Translations under genes and position numbers: made by a program
Shown: piece by piece, positions 30,013 to 40,422 of the stretch
How positions within the stretch are numbered: the stretch's first letter is position 1
Layout: each line of letters starts with the position of its first letter
Assembly: GCA_965203965.1 (NCBI GenBank)
Contig: CBDBDR010000017.1
Location: 160,001-224,000 of the forward strand
Length of the DNA: 64,000 bases
Direction: 5' to 3'
Source: Thermodesulfobacteriota bacterium
Lineage (GTDB): Bacteria > Desulfobacterota_D > UBA1144 > Nemesobacterales > JAJCZQ01
The notes under the pieces: model-generated
The model's input: the letters and a program-made list of their open reading frames with translations, nothing else
Told to the model about the DNA's origin: nothing
Database searches by the model: none

Positions 30013-31095
30013 TCAGAAATGCCGAATTACCTCATAATAGGTATTGCGCTGTGCTGGTTTAAATCCTGCTGATCTTATCATGTGGACAAGCTCATCAATT
30101 GTGGCTCTTTTTTTGTTTTCTGCGCACGCTAAAACATTTTCATCGAACAAAGTGCCACCGAGGTCGCTTGCGCCGTAACACATTGTAATAGAACCCATTT
30201 TTTTGCCTTGTGTGAACCATGACCCTTGGATGTGTTTGAAATTATCTAGATATATCCTTGAAACTGATAAAATTCTTAAATACCTGTCCCCGCCGATCTC
30301 ATTTGGTAGTTTCTTTTCCAGAAAAGTGTTTTTGGGCTTGAATATCCATGGTATAAATGCCAGAAACCTCCCCGTTTGATCTTGCAATTCTCTTATACGC
30401 GCCAGATGTTCAATAATGTCCTCATCCTCTTCAAAATGTCCGAACATCATAGTAGCAGTTGTCTTAAATCCTATTTCATGTGCCTCTTTAGTTACGCTTA
30501 TCCATCTGTCCGCATCTATTTTGAGTGGACTGATCCTTTTTCTCATTTTATTTGTCAAAATCTCGGCACCGCCGCCCGGTATAGTTCTCAGTCCTGCATC
30601 CCATAAATTTTGCAACACCTCTCGGGACGTCATGTTCTCGTATTTTGCAATTGCTGCAATTTCCGGAGCTGAAAATGCGTGTAGGTGAAGTCCGGGAATT
30701 TCGCTTGTAGCTCTTTTAACTATTTCAATATAGTAGTCCAACTTGATCTCGGGATTGTGTCCACCTTGCAGCAAAACGGTTGTAGCACCGTTATGATAGG
30801 AAGTTTTCATAGTGCTTATAAGTTTATCAATGCTAAGTGTGTAGGCATCCTGTGCTTCTTGTGGTCTCCAAAAGGCGCAAAACAGACATTCAGTATCACA
30901 AATGTTTGTGTAGTTGGGATTGGTATCAGCTACAAAAGTCACGACGCCGTCAGGGTTAAATCTTTTTCTTACAAGATTTGCCAGTGCCCCAAGCCGAAGC
31001 GAGTCTCCATTTCTGAGAAGATGAAGAGCTTCATAGTTTGTTATTCTCTTCTTTTCAACTACTTTTTTGTATATTTCCTGAAGGTTCAGGCACAT
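30013..31095 (-). CDS. mqnC: Cyclic dehypoxanthinyl futalosine synthase (radical SAM, CofH/MqnC family)
   Basis: NYTNICDTECLFCAF, LLQGGHNP, PGGGAEIL, TATMMFGH, EENV-like DENV; start moved to ATG 31095 below the ptsH stop. Confidence 0.85.
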   Translation of the reverse strand: MCLNLQEIYKKVVEKKRITNYEALHLLRNGDSLRLGALANLVRKRFNPDGVVTFVADTNPNYTNICDTECLFCAFWRPQEAQDAYTLSIDKLISTMKTSYHNGATTVLLQGGHNPEIKLDYYIEIVKRATSEIPGLHLHAFSAPEIAAIAKYENMTSREVLQNLWDAGLRTIPGGGAEILTNKMRKRISPLKIDADRWISVTKEAHEIGFKTTATMMFGHFEEDEDIIEHLARIRELQDQTGRFLAFIPWIFKPKNTFLEKKLPNEIGGDRYLRILSVSRIYLDNFKHIQGSWFTQGKKMGSITMCYGASDLGGTLFDENVLACAENKKRATIDELVHMIRSAGFKPAQRNTYYEVIRHF

Positions 31096-31102
31096 AGATC
31101 GA

Positions 31103-31396
31103 TCAGATTTCAATTCCTTCTCCAAAACCACTGTCAACGAGTTTGTCAATTTCATTATATGCCTGTTCTGAATCTTCACCATTTGCTATAACTTCAATTT
31201 TAGTCCCTTTTACAGCGGCAAGGGACAGCACGCCCAGTATACTCTTTCCGTTAATGGTGTAACCGTCTTTTCTTATTTTTATATCCGAGTTGAATTTACT
31301 CAGTACCCTTACGAGGTGAGCTGCTGCCCGAGCATGTAGTCCGAGCTTGTTCTTTATCTCAAAAGTTTTTGAAGGAGCGTTCTGCAAGTTGCTCAA
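31103..31396 (-). CDS. ptsH: Phosphocarrier protein HPr
   Basis: NKLGLHARAA (His15) and NGKSILGVLSL (Ser46). Confidence 0.95.
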   Translation of the reverse strand: MSNLQNAPSKTFEIKNKLGLHARAAAHLVRVLSKFNSDIKIRKDGYTINGKSILGVLSLAAVKGTKIEVIANGEDSEQAYNEIDKLVDSGFGEGIEI

Positions 31397-31422
31397 TCCT
31401 CCAACATGATATAGTATGCCAT

Positions 31423-32196
31423 TTACCTTAAAAGTAAACTGGTATTTACCTGTTTGTTCAAAACCAAACCTTTCTCATAAACTATTTTAAGCTTATTTGA
31501 CAAGTAGCTTAGTTTGATCTTTCTTGGGAAAAACAGGTTGTTTGTGACCGTGTAATCCGAATACTCAATGCGTAAATTGTTATCATCAATTTCTATATCA
31601 GCAGTCTTTATGCACTTGTTGATGGGGTCAATGTGTAACACGGTCTCAGTGCCGATAGAGTTTATGTATTTAACGATTAGAAAGTTGCCCTTACTAATGA
31701 ACGGATCATGATCCGAGCCCCAAAGTCCAAACGGGACTTTTCCGAATAAGATATCAATCATTTCTCTCATTTTGATCGTTGAGGAGATACCCGGATAAAA
31801 ATACGAGAGGTTAAAGTTTTGAGCGTCTTCAAATACAGTCTGCTTATTGCGCGTTCTGAATAAGATCTTTTTCCCGTCTGAAGTCAATGCTGCGACACTG
31901 TATCCCAAAATGGCAAGTGCTTCAATATGGAAGGCGTAGTTTTGTCCCAGTATGGTTACCTGTTTTATAGAAATATTATCAGAATTATTTATAGCTCTTA
32001 CCCTTGCTACCCCCTGAAGGCTCACTCGTTTGTTGTTTTCCACGTGGATATTTTCTAATATTTTCTCCACATCAATGGTTTCATAATTTATTGGGGTTAT
32101 CTTTGGAGCGCATGAAACAACTGATGATACAATGATCATAATGTAGAAAAATTGCACAATAATGGATCTAGATCTCTGAAATATCATTCCTGCCAA
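31423..32196 (-). CDS. LolB-like / DUF4292-like lipoprotein
   Basis: VVSC lipobox, beta-rich, downstream of a large TPR lipoprotein. Confidence 0.6.
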   Translation of the reverse strand: MAGMIFQRSRSIIVQFFYIMIIVSSVVSCAPKITPINYETIDVEKILENIHVENNKRVSLQGVARVRAINNSDNISIKQVTILGQNYAFHIEALAILGYSVAALTSDGKKILFRTRNKQTVFEDAQNFNLSYFYPGISSTIKMREMIDILFGKVPFGLWGSDHDPFISKGNFLIVKYINSIGTETVLHIDPINKCIKTADIEIDDNNLRIEYSDYTVTNNLFFPRKIKLSYLSNKLKIVYEKGLVLNKQVNTSLLLR

Positions 32197-33925
32197 TATC
32201 TTTTATCTTATTTTTTATTCTCCGTTCAATACTTTCATATTCAACGTTTTCCCGGTTTGCTTCAATTATCTCAATAGCACGGTTATAGATTTTAATTGCT
32301 CTAAGTTTTTCCCCTTTTTTAAGGTATGCGTCACCTAAATGCTCCACGATTTCAGGGTCGTCTGGGGAAAGTTCTGAAGCCAGTGTTAGCTGTTTGATTG
32401 CCTCGTCCAATTTCCCCTTTTTGTAATATAGCCATCCGAGGCTGTCAATTATATAACCGGTGTTTGGGGAAGATTTTATTGCTTTTCTTATGTATTGTTC
32501 TGCTTCTTTAAGGTTAATCCCTTTGTCAGTATAAGTGTAGCCTATAAAATTAAGTGCGTCCGCGTGATCGGGATTCAGAGATATAATATCTTTCATCATC
32601 TCAATGGATTTTTCGTGCTGATCATCTGAGAAATATACAACTGCTAATGAGTAGAGAATCCTTTCATTAACAGGATCCAGTTTTAAGTATTTTGAATACA
32701 TATTCTTTGCTTTCTCATAGCTTTTCTCTTTCCGGTAGAGGTTGCCTAAATAACTTGTGATCAACTCGTTGCCGGGTGATTTTGAATAAGCTGTTTCAAG
32801 AATTTCCAATGCTTTTCGTGTGTTACCTACTTTCTGCTGTATATATGCCTTTTGAACAATTGAATCGTCATAAAATTTAGATGTGGCAGGGATACCTTTT
32901 AATAGGTTATGAGCTGCATTATAATTTCCTCGTTCAGTGTGGCTTAATGCTTTGTAGTATAGAGATGCTTCATTACTGGGATTTTTTTGCAGTATGTGAT
33001 CCAATTTCTCAATTGCATCTGAATATTTTCTGTTTTCAATGTAGATTATGGCAATTTTGAATTTTATAGCCAGATTGTCCAAATCCAGTATTTCGGCGTT
33101 CTGTAACTGTCTCAGTGCTTCATCTCGCATGTTGATCCTGTGTAAATAGCTTCCGTATCGTTCATACACATTTGGATTATTCGGATAATAGCTGATTATA
33201 TCCAGATAGTGCTGCTTTGCTTTATCCAATTTGCCGCGTTTTTCCTCTATGTGGGCAAGAGCAAGTATCGTTTCAGATCTTCTTGGATCTAATCTATACA
33301 GCTTTGAATAAATGGCTTCTGCCTCTTCTATTTTTTTCTCTTCTATCAGCAATTTGCCCAAATAAATAAGTGCTTTTTCATCATATGGATTCAGGTTTAT
33401 CGTTTTTTTGAGTGAAGTTAAAGCATTTTGATAATCGTCTTGTCCAATGTAATACAGTGCTATGAGAAAATATGAATTTGCGTCATCTGGGTCTATCTCA
33501 ATTGCTTTTCTTAAATACTTTTCAGCCAACGAAGGTTCTGATGAAGCTGCGAGAATTTTTCCAAGAAGTTTATATGACCGTATATGTCTCGGATCTAGCT
33601 TGATTGAACTTTCCAACTTCTTCCGAGCTTCTGATATCAGACCTGTTTCAATATAAAGCAGTGCAAGTTGGTATTTGATGTAAGTGGATGAAGGATCTGA
33701 TATTTCGGCAATTTCCATGTGTTTAATTGCCAGATCCGGATCATTATTGTAGTAGGCGAGCTGTGAAAGGGAAAAGTTGTAGTAAGACTCATAAGACCTC
33801 TCCTCGTATTTGAGAGACATATTGTTTTTTACTGCCGCGTTGTTTCCAGTGTTGAGCATAACGCACGACGTTGATAATAACGTGATGAAAAAACCGCAGA
33901 GAATGTAATCTGAATAATGGGGCAT
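32168..33925 (-). CDS. TPR-repeat lipoprotein
   Basis: STSC lipobox; many TPRs; ALNFIGY...IIDSLGWLYY...IVEHLGDAY tail. Confidence 0.88.
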   Translation of the reverse strand: MPHYSDYILCGFFITLLSTSCVMLNTGNNAAVKNNMSLKYEERSYESYYNFSLSQLAYYNNDPDLAIKHMEIAEISDPSSTYIKYQLALLYIETGLISEARKKLESSIKLDPRHIRSYKLLGKILAASSEPSLAEKYLRKAIEIDPDDANSYFLIALYYIGQDDYQNALTSLKKTINLNPYDEKALIYLGKLLIEEKKIEEAEAIYSKLYRLDPRRSETILALAHIEEKRGKLDKAKQHYLDIISYYPNNPNVYERYGSYLHRINMRDEALRQLQNAEILDLDNLAIKFKIAIIYIENRKYSDAIEKLDHILQKNPSNEASLYYKALSHTERGNYNAAHNLLKGIPATSKFYDDSIVQKAYIQQKVGNTRKALEILETAYSKSPGNELITSYLGNLYRKEKSYEKAKNMYSKYLKLDPVNERILYSLAVVYFSDDQHEKSIEMMKDIISLNPDHADALNFIGYTYTDKGINLKEAEQYIRKAIKSSPNTGYIIDSLGWLYYKKGKLDEAIKQLTLASELSPDDPEIVEHLGDAYLKKGEKLRAIKIYNRAIEIIEANRENVEYESIERRIKNKIKDIGRNDISEI

Positions 33926-33930
33926 CTTAT

Positions 33931-34785
33931 TCAGTATGAATGCCTTTTCAGTTTGTCAGCGTAGATTTTTAGTAACGCCCAAACTAGCAACATCTTATTA
34001 TTGTTGCTATCATCAATCAGTGAATCTATATAGTCAATACTATCTTTTATTGTTTGATCTTCAGGTGAAATTTTCTGTGCGTCTTTTAGAACTTCCAGGG
34101 CTTCTTTATACCACCCTTTCTCGGCAAACGAAAGAGCAAGTGCGTTATATGAAGGAATGAAGTTGGGATTGGAGTTGATTATTTCCTGAAATTTTCTGAT
34201 TGATTCATCAATCCATCCCACATCTAAAAAGCAGTTACCAAGCGACAAATTTCCCCAGAGATCATCTGGAACGATCTCAAGGTGAATTCTAAATTCCCTG
34301 ATCGCTTCCTTAGTCCATCCCATATCATAGTATCCTAAACCTAATTGGTAGTGGATCTCGTCTATGAATTGTTCGAGATCATTTTTCAGGCACTCTTCCA
34401 TTAAATTTATGGCGTCTTCATAAAATCCTATGGATCTATATAAAATGCCCAAATGCCATTTTGCATAGGAATAGTCGGGATCTATGGAGAGTGATTTCTT
34501 AAAGGTATCAATTGCCTCTTTGTATTTATTGGCTCTACAGAGTGTTATGCCATACTGTGTTAGTGTTTCCGGATCATCTGGTTTTAAGAGTAGTGCTTTG
34601 GAGAAATGTTTGGTTGAATGTTGAAATTGATCCATCATATCATAGGTGACAGCGTATGATAGGTGTATGCAGGGGTTGTCAGGTGAGATTTTGTTTGCTC
34701 TATTTAACACGGATAATGCATCTCCAAAATTACCAGTTTCTCTGAGTTCCTCAACTTCGTTCAAGAACTTATCTATTTTGCTCAT
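33931..34785 (-). CDS. TPR-repeat protein
   Basis: About seven tandem 34-aa TPR-like units. Confidence 0.85.
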   Translation of the reverse strand: MSKIDKFLNEVEELRETGNFGDALSVLNRANKISPDNPCIHLSYAVTYDMMDQFQHSTKHFSKALLLKPDDPETLTQYGITLCRANKYKEAIDTFKKSLSIDPDYSYAKWHLGILYRSIGFYEDAINLMEECLKNDLEQFIDEIHYQLGLGYYDMGWTKEAIREFRIHLEIVPDDLWGNLSLGNCFLDVGWIDESIRKFQEIINSNPNFIPSYNALALSFAEKGWYKEALEVLKDAQKISPEDQTIKDSIDYIDSLIDDSNNNKMLLVWALLKIYADKLKRHSY

Positions 34786-34869
34786 TTGTTATCACCTTTT
34801 GATAATTTTGCATCTTGCATTTAAGGAAGCAAGTTGCTCAAAAAATTTAATATTTTCAGAAACTTATAC

Positions 34870-34898
34870 TTGACAGAATATTTAGAAGCAAATAAGTT
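34870..34898 (+). promoter_or_regulatory. Putative sigma70 promoter of ihfB
   Basis: TTGACA-N17-TAAGTT. Confidence 0.6.
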
Positions 34899-34931
34899 AA
34901 GAATGACCATTTCTCGTCATGGTGAGTTTAA

Positions 34932-35225
34932 GTGAGAAAATCTGATATTGAAAATGAGATTTCCCAAAAGTTTAACTTAAACCTAAATCAATCCGAACAG
35001 ATACTTGATGCTATTATAGAAAGCATTACAGATGTTCTAAAAGTTGATGGGAGGATTGAGATCAGAGAATTTGGCAGTTTCTTTACCAAAAATTACGGTT
35101 CATATAAAGGTAGAAATCCAAGAACTGGTCAACCCGTTCACGTTCCCGTGAAAAAACTTCCTCATTTCAAAGCGAGTAAGGAGTTTCTAAAGAGTCTCAA
35201 CAATAATGAGAGTGGAAATGAATAA
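34932..35225 (+). CDS. ihfB: IHF/HU-family DNA-binding protein, IHF-beta-like
   Basis: RIEIREFGSF, GRNPRTG, PHFK. Confidence 0.85.
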   Translation: MRKSDIENEISQKFNLNLNQSEQILDAIIESITDVLKVDGRIEIREFGSFFTKNYGSYKGRNPRTGQPVHVPVKKLPHFKASKEFLKSLNNNESGNE

Positions 35226-35300
35226 GAGACCTTGCTATTCTGGAACAAATTTTCACTCTTCACAAGATACTCGTCAATCTGATCATTGTTCATAGTACTT

Positions 35301-35810
35301 ATGTCTTTGCGTGAAATACTAACTTACCCTGACGGCAGACTCAGAAAGATCTCTGTCCCAATTACAACGTTTGACAGCAAATTGCACAAGTTGCTGAATG
35401 ATATGGCAGACACGATGTATGATGCCCCGGGGGTCGGTTTGGCAGCCCCGCAGGTTGGAGAGAGTGTCAGAGTAATAGTTTTTGACGTTAATTTTCAGGA
35501 AGACAAAGGAAGAGATATCAAAGAATTTGTAAACCCCAAGATCGTTGTGTCGGAAGGGATGCAGTTAAGCGAGGAGGGTTGTCTAAGCGTGCCAGGCTTT
35601 ACGGGTAGTGTTAAAAGAAAACAGAAGGTTATTATTGAATACCTTGATAGAAAAGGCAATAGGATCGTGGTTGAAGCCTCGGGACTTCTTTCCAGGGTTT
35701 TACAGCATGAGATAGACCATCTTGACGGTGTATTGTTTTTTGACAGAATGTCAAAGCTGAAGAGAAGTCTATTTAAGCGAAAAGTTGAAAAAGTTCTGGG
35801 TTTTGAATAA
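35301..35810 (+). CDS. def: Peptide deformylase
   Basis: GVGLAAPQVG, EGCLS, QHEIDHLDG. Confidence 0.97.
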   Translation: MSLREILTYPDGRLRKISVPITTFDSKLHKLLNDMADTMYDAPGVGLAAPQVGESVRVIVFDVNFQEDKGRDIKEFVNPKIVVSEGMQLSEEGCLSVPGFTGSVKRKQKVIIEYLDRKGNRIVVEASGLLSRVLQHEIDHLDGVLFFDRMSKLKRSLFKRKVEKVLGFE

Positions 35811-35822
35811 TTATTTACCCCC

Positions 35823-36977
35823 ATGCCTTCAGAGTTGGTAAAACATCTTTCTCCATTTTACGTTATGGAGATTCTTGAGCATGCAAAGAAACTTGAAAGA
35901 GAGGGTAGGGATATTATACATTTTGAGGTTGGTGAACCCGATTTTGTTACCCATGATGCAATATGCAAAGCTGCAATAGAATCAATTAAAAGAGGTGAAA
36001 CAAAATATACAGAAAGCGTCGGGGTTCTAGATCTCAGAAAAGCTGTTGCAAATAATTACAATGATATTTACGGGTTAAGTATAAGCCCTGATAATGTTAT
36101 TATTACGCTTGGAAGTTCCCCAGCACTTTTTCTCTCTATAATATCCCTTATCAATTCTGGTGATGAGATAATAATCATGGATCCTCATTACCCATGCTAT
36201 CCTCAGATAATCAAGACCGCAGGCGGAATTCCTCAAAAAGTAGTAACTACCGAAGAAAATGGGTTTCAGGTGGAGATAGCGGAGATAAAAAAAGTAATAA
36301 CTGCAAAAACAAAAGGAATTATTATCAATTCTCCCGCAAACCCGACCGGGGTGGTCATGGATCAATTATTGATTGAAAGAATTGCAGATATGGGAATTAC
36401 GGTAATTTCAGATGAGATATATCACGGCTTGGTATATGGACGAAAACCAAGGTCAATTTTAGAATTTACAGAAAATGCTTTTGTGATAAACGGATTTTCC
36501 AAGTTGTATGCAATGACTGGTTGGAGGCTTGGTTATATTATTGCCCCCAGAGATTTTGTCCGCTTGATACAGAAGTTGCAGCAGAACCTTTTTATTTCTC
36601 CAAACAATTTTGTCCAAAGAGCAGGTATTGCGGCAATTGAAGGAGTTAAGTCGGAAACCGCAGCAATGGTAGGTATTTTTAATCAGAGAAGATTCAAGAT
36701 GATTGAAGGCATAGAAAAATTAGGTTTTACCTTAAATTATGATCCAGACGGGGCTTTTTATATTTTTTTGAACGTATCGGAGATAGATATGAATTCAGTG
36801 GAGCTTGCGTATGATATTTTAAACAAGGTTGGTGTTGGTGTTGCACCTGGAATTGATTTTGGAGATGAAGGTGAAGGTTATTTAAGGTTTTCGTACGCAA
36901 CTTCTGCGGAACTTATACAGGTAGGAATGGAAAAGTTGAGAGAATATTTTGATCAATACAGAAGCTGGGAAGCATAA
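35823..36977 (+). CDS. Class I/II PLP aminotransferase (aspartate-aminotransferase-like)
   Basis: GEPDF, NSPANPTG, SDEIY, GFSKLYAMTGWRLG. Confidence 0.92.
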   Translation: MPSELVKHLSPFYVMEILEHAKKLEREGRDIIHFEVGEPDFVTHDAICKAAIESIKRGETKYTESVGVLDLRKAVANNYNDIYGLSISPDNVIITLGSSPALFLSIISLINSGDEIIIMDPHYPCYPQIIKTAGGIPQKVVTTEENGFQVEIAEIKKVITAKTKGIIINSPANPTGVVMDQLLIERIADMGITVISDEIYHGLVYGRKPRSILEFTENAFVINGFSKLYAMTGWRLGYIIAPRDFVRLIQKLQQNLFISPNNFVQRAGIAAIEGVKSETAAMVGIFNQRRFKMIEGIEKLGFTLNYDPDGAFYIFLNVSEIDMNSVELAYDILNKVGVGVAPGIDFGDEGEGYLRFSYATSAELIQVGMEKLREYFDQYRSWEA

Positions 36978-37393
36978 TGTTGCCAACGGTTAATAATGTT
37001 GAAGTGGAGTGTAAAAAACTCTTCCGGTACTTGATTTTAATTTCCTATTCAAGATAGGTTGATGGTAGAGAATTGGATCATGAAGATATGATAGATCTAA
37101 GTGAGCGAACTATAGACCTGTTTGCCGAATCACTTCGGGTGTTAAAAAGTTTGAATGTTTTTGGGATTTATCTCCATTAAAAAGAGGTGTTTTTTCAGAG
37201 CGATCCACAAAGATATTTGAAACCATAAAAAGAGATGATACTTTGATTGATTAAATGTCCTGCAAGTCATTTTTTGAAAAATGAAAAGGTGTGGTTTTAA
37301 TACACACACTCTTTTTGTTACGATACAGCCGTAAATTATGTCGCGGACGCAACGCTACCCGTATTAGATCAAATTGAAGGTAGATATGAATGA
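36977..37393 (+). pseudogene. pgk: Phosphoglycerate kinase relic (large internal deletion, several frameshifts)
   Basis: MLPTVNNVEVECKKLF/VLDFNF resembles ..GKRVLVRVDFNVP; MIDLSERTIDLFAESL resembles LDIGPKTIELF.EAI; ATLPVLDQIE resembles GKELPGVAAL. It sits directly before tpiA-secG and overlaps both neighbours (TAATG, ATGA). Confidence 0.72.
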
Positions 37394-38148
37394 AGAAAAA
37401 ACTGATAGTTGCCAACTGGAAGATGAATCTTCTAAGAGGAGAAGCTGAGCTTTTAACGAAATCTATTTTAAACATGGTAAGCCCGGCACATTTGAAGTTT
37501 GAGATCGTTATAGTTCCGCCGTTTACAAATATGGAGATCGTTCACAGGGTGATAGATCATACCGATATATCACTTGGAGCACAGAACGTTTTCTGGGAAA
37601 ACTCCGGTGCTTATACCGGTGAAATATCACCTGAGATGCTTGTGGATATAGGTTGTTCTTGGGTTATTATTGGACATTCAGAAAGAAGACAGATACTTGG
37701 TGAAACCGATTACGAAGTAAAAAGGAAAGTTCTTGCCTCGCTTAATGCCGGATTGAAAGTTGTCATCTGTGCTGGTGAAACCCTTATACAAAGAAAAAGA
37801 GAGATGATGCCAAACGTTTTGAGGCGACAGATTGAAAGTGCTCTTAAAGACATTAAGGGTGACAGTTCACAAAATATTGTTATAGCTTATGAGCCAATAT
37901 GGGCTATTGGAACGGGTAACAATGCTACTCCCGGAGAAATTGAAGAAGCTCATAAAGAAATAAAAGATAAATTAATTGAACTATTTGGAAAAGATGCTGA
38001 TAATATAAGGATAATTTACGGTGGAAGCGTTAAGAAGGACAATATCAACTTAATACTGGAACCGGAGGTTGTAAGCGGCGCATTGATAGGTGGTGCAAGC
38101 CTCAATGCAGAGTCGTTCATAAACTTAATTGAGACCATAGGGGATTAG
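37390..38148 (+). CDS. tpiA: Triosephosphate isomerase
   Basis: ANWKMN, GAYTGE, IGHSERR, AYEPIWAIGTG, YGGSV, GGASL. Confidence 0.98.
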   Translation: MKKKLIVANWKMNLLRGEAELLTKSILNMVSPAHLKFEIVIVPPFTNMEIVHRVIDHTDISLGAQNVFWENSGAYTGEISPEMLVDIGCSWVIIGHSERRQILGETDYEVKRKVLASLNAGLKVVICAGETLIQRKREMMPNVLRRQIESALKDIKGDSSQNIVIAYEPIWAIGTGNNATPGEIEEAHKEIKDKLIELFGKDADNIRIIYGGSVKKDNINLILEPEVVSGALIGGASLNAESFINLIETIGD

Positions 38149-38155
38149 TGATCAA

Positions 38156-38530
38156 GTGCAATTTATATTACCAATAGTAGAAGCAGTTCATATATTAGTA
38201 AGCGTCGTATTAATTCTTATAATTTTGCTGCAGCCTGGAAAAAGTGGTGATCTTGGGTCAGTGTTCGGAGGTGGCACTTCCGAATCAGTTTTTGGCGCAA
38301 GCGGCGCCGTTCCTTTTCTAACTAAACTAACCAGATTGTTTGCGGTTGTATTTTTCGTTACCTCTTTGTCACTGGGGTATTTTTCAGTGCAGAAAATCCA
38401 GTCTTCCGTAATTAGATCTACACCATCATTTCAGCAAGTTATTCCGGAAGATCAGGAAGGTCTTGATAAAGACGCGATTGATCTAGAAAATTTAGGGGAG
38501 CCTTTGGAAGATCTGGGTATTTCTGATTAA
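38156..38530 (+). CDS. secG: Preprotein translocase subunit SecG
   Basis: ILLQPGKSGDLGSVFGGG...LTKLT, two TM segments, follows tpiA. Confidence 0.93.
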   Translation: MQFILPIVEAVHILVSVVLILIILLQPGKSGDLGSVFGGGTSESVFGASGAVPFLTKLTRLFAVVFFVTSLSLGYFSVQKIQSSVIRSTPSFQQVIPEDQEGLDKDAIDLENLGEPLEDLGISD

Positions 38531-38692
38531 ATTGAACCTGAAAAACGGGGAAATCATACAACAAACGATCAGACGGAGGAGTCAAAACATTCTGAAGGTA
38601 AATAATGCACCGTCCCTTTTTATTATTGCTGAATTAAGTATTATTTTTTGCGGATACAGTTACTGATTAAATGATCTTGGAGGTGCCATTGG

Positions 38693-38962
38693 ATGGCTTA
38701 TATAATTGCTGAACCGTGCATTAAAATTAAAGATAAATCCTGTGTTGAGGCATGTCCAGTTGACTGTATCTATGAAGCTGAAGACCAGCTTTTCATTCAT
38801 CCCGAAGAATGTATAGATTGCGGAGCATGCGTAGATCCATGCCCCGTTGACGCTATCTATCACGAAGATGAGCTTCCCGAAAAATGGCAGAGTTTTATTG
38901 ACCTGAACAAAAATTTCTTTGAAGGAAAGGAAAATTTGGAACCAGCACGCAAGGACGATTGA
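38693..38962 (+). CDS. Ferredoxin (7Fe FdxA-like)
   Basis: [19 protein letters not shown] and [13 protein letters not shown]. Confidence 0.93.
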   Translation: MAYIIAEPCIKIKDKSCVEACPVDCIYEAEDQLFIHPEECIDCGACVDPCPVDAIYHEDELPEKWQSFIDLNKNFFEGKENLEPARKDD

Positions 38963-38975
38963 AGTGTAGTTTGCG

Positions 38976-39623
38976 ATGCCAAAGTCCAAAACTTCAGAAA
39001 AAAAAGAAAGGCTAAGTAAAATTCTTTCTTTCCTTAAAAAGGAATATCCGGATGCAAAATGCCACTTGAACTTTAAAAATGCGTTTGAGTTGCTGGTTGG
39101 TTCAATACTATCTGCACAGTGCACTGACGTTAGGGTTAACGAAGTAACAAAAAACTTGTTCGAAAAATACTCGAATCCTTACGATTTTTCTGTGGCTGAT
39201 ATAGAAGTCTTAAAGAATGATATAAAACCAACGGGGTTTTATAACAACAAAGCAAGATCTGTTATTGAGTGTGCAAAGTCGTTGGTTGAAAATTATGACG
39301 GAGTGTTACCGGATACGATCGAGGAGCTGACAAAACTAAGAGGTGTCGGCAGAAAAACTGCTAACGTAATTGTTGGCAATTATTATGGAAAGCCCGCTGT
39401 CATTGTAGATACTCATATAGGAAGACTCAGCAGGAGATTGGGATTTACTGATAATACTGACCCGGTAAAAGTAGAGTTTGATCTCAGGAAAATTATTCCC
39501 AAAAAGGATTGCACGTTTTTTTCAAATGCACTTGGTGACCATGGAAGATCGGTGTGCAAATCCAGAAAGCCTCTTTGCGATAGATGTAAAATAGGAAGTA
39601 TTTGTCCATCGTATTATATATAA
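38976..39623 (+). CDS. nth: Endonuclease III
   Basis: ILSAQCTD, HhH LRGVGRKTANV, VDTH, C-x6-C-x2-C-x5-C. Confidence 0.96.
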   Translation: MPKSKTSEKKERLSKILSFLKKEYPDAKCHLNFKNAFELLVGSILSAQCTDVRVNEVTKNLFEKYSNPYDFSVADIEVLKNDIKPTGFYNNKARSVIECAKSLVENYDGVLPDTIEELTKLRGVGRKTANVIVGNYYGKPAVIVDTHIGRLSRRLGFTDNTDPVKVEFDLRKIIPKKDCTFFSNALGDHGRSVCKSRKPLCDRCKIGSICPSYYI

Positions 39624-39735
39624 CTGGATAAATGGGTGGGTAACATTGTATGTAATTCTCAAATAAAATAATGGAAAGTGAGTTGCGAGTTTGTTACAAT
39701 CAAGGGATATGAACAAATAAGGAAGGTTGCTAATT

Positions 39736-40146
39736 ATGGGTCTGATAAAGTTGGTAGTGCTGTTAATATTTATTGAGTTTTGCTTTTTTAACACATCTGC
39801 AGTGGCTGATAAGGGAGATGTCCCTGATAAGATGCAGGGAACTCTCGATCTTCCAGTGTTGTTTACTGATCACCAGAGACTTTATTGTGGGATGTCTTGG
39901 AAAAAGTATTACAAGGATAACAACATTAACATAGATGTTTCCGTTGAGGGGAAGTATGATGAATTCGTGGTGTTTTCCTGTCCTGTTTGCGGTTTAGAAG
40001 ATAGTTACGTTGATATATTTCTAAATACAAAGACTGAAGACGGCACGACAAATGCCGACAGGATCAAGGAATGTGGATTTGTTAAAGCCAAGTTTAAGGG
40101 AGCAAAGGGCGGCATAGGAAAGATCGTCAGAAGTATTGAAAGATAG
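39736..40146 (+). CDS. Secreted hypothetical protein
   Basis: Signal peptide ending AVA; contains CPVC. Confidence 0.7.
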   Translation: MGLIKLVVLLIFIEFCFFNTSAVADKGDVPDKMQGTLDLPVLFTDHQRLYCGMSWKKYYKDNNINIDVSVEGKYDEFVVFSCPVCGLEDSYVDIFLNTKTEDGTTNADRIKECGFVKAKFKGAKGGIGKIVRSIER

Positions 40147-40206
40147 GGTAAAAATCACATTGGTAATATTGTAACCCTACCTTTATAGTGTTGCCCAGAT
40201 AAGCAG

Positions 40207-40422
40207 ATGGATCTAACATCTTCCTTCCCATTTGGATGGGTCAGAGATTTCAAAGAGGATAATTGGCAAATAATTTGGCATTCACATTCTAAAATCCTAT
40301 TGTTGAAATCATCTCGATCCAAAAGAATTGTCAATTACTGCAAGTGTAAAACCTGGCGGGAAGCGAAATTGTATGCTGACAATATCAGGAGCGACCACAG
40401 TTTGTTGGAAAGTATATTATAG
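40207..40422 (+). CDS. Small hypothetical protein
   Basis: 71-aa ATG ORF filling the intergenic gap; no recognised motif. Confidence 0.5.
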   Translation: MDLTSSFPFGWVRDFKEDNWQIIWHSHSKILLLKSSRSKRIVNYCKCKTWREAKLYADNIRSDHSLLESIL

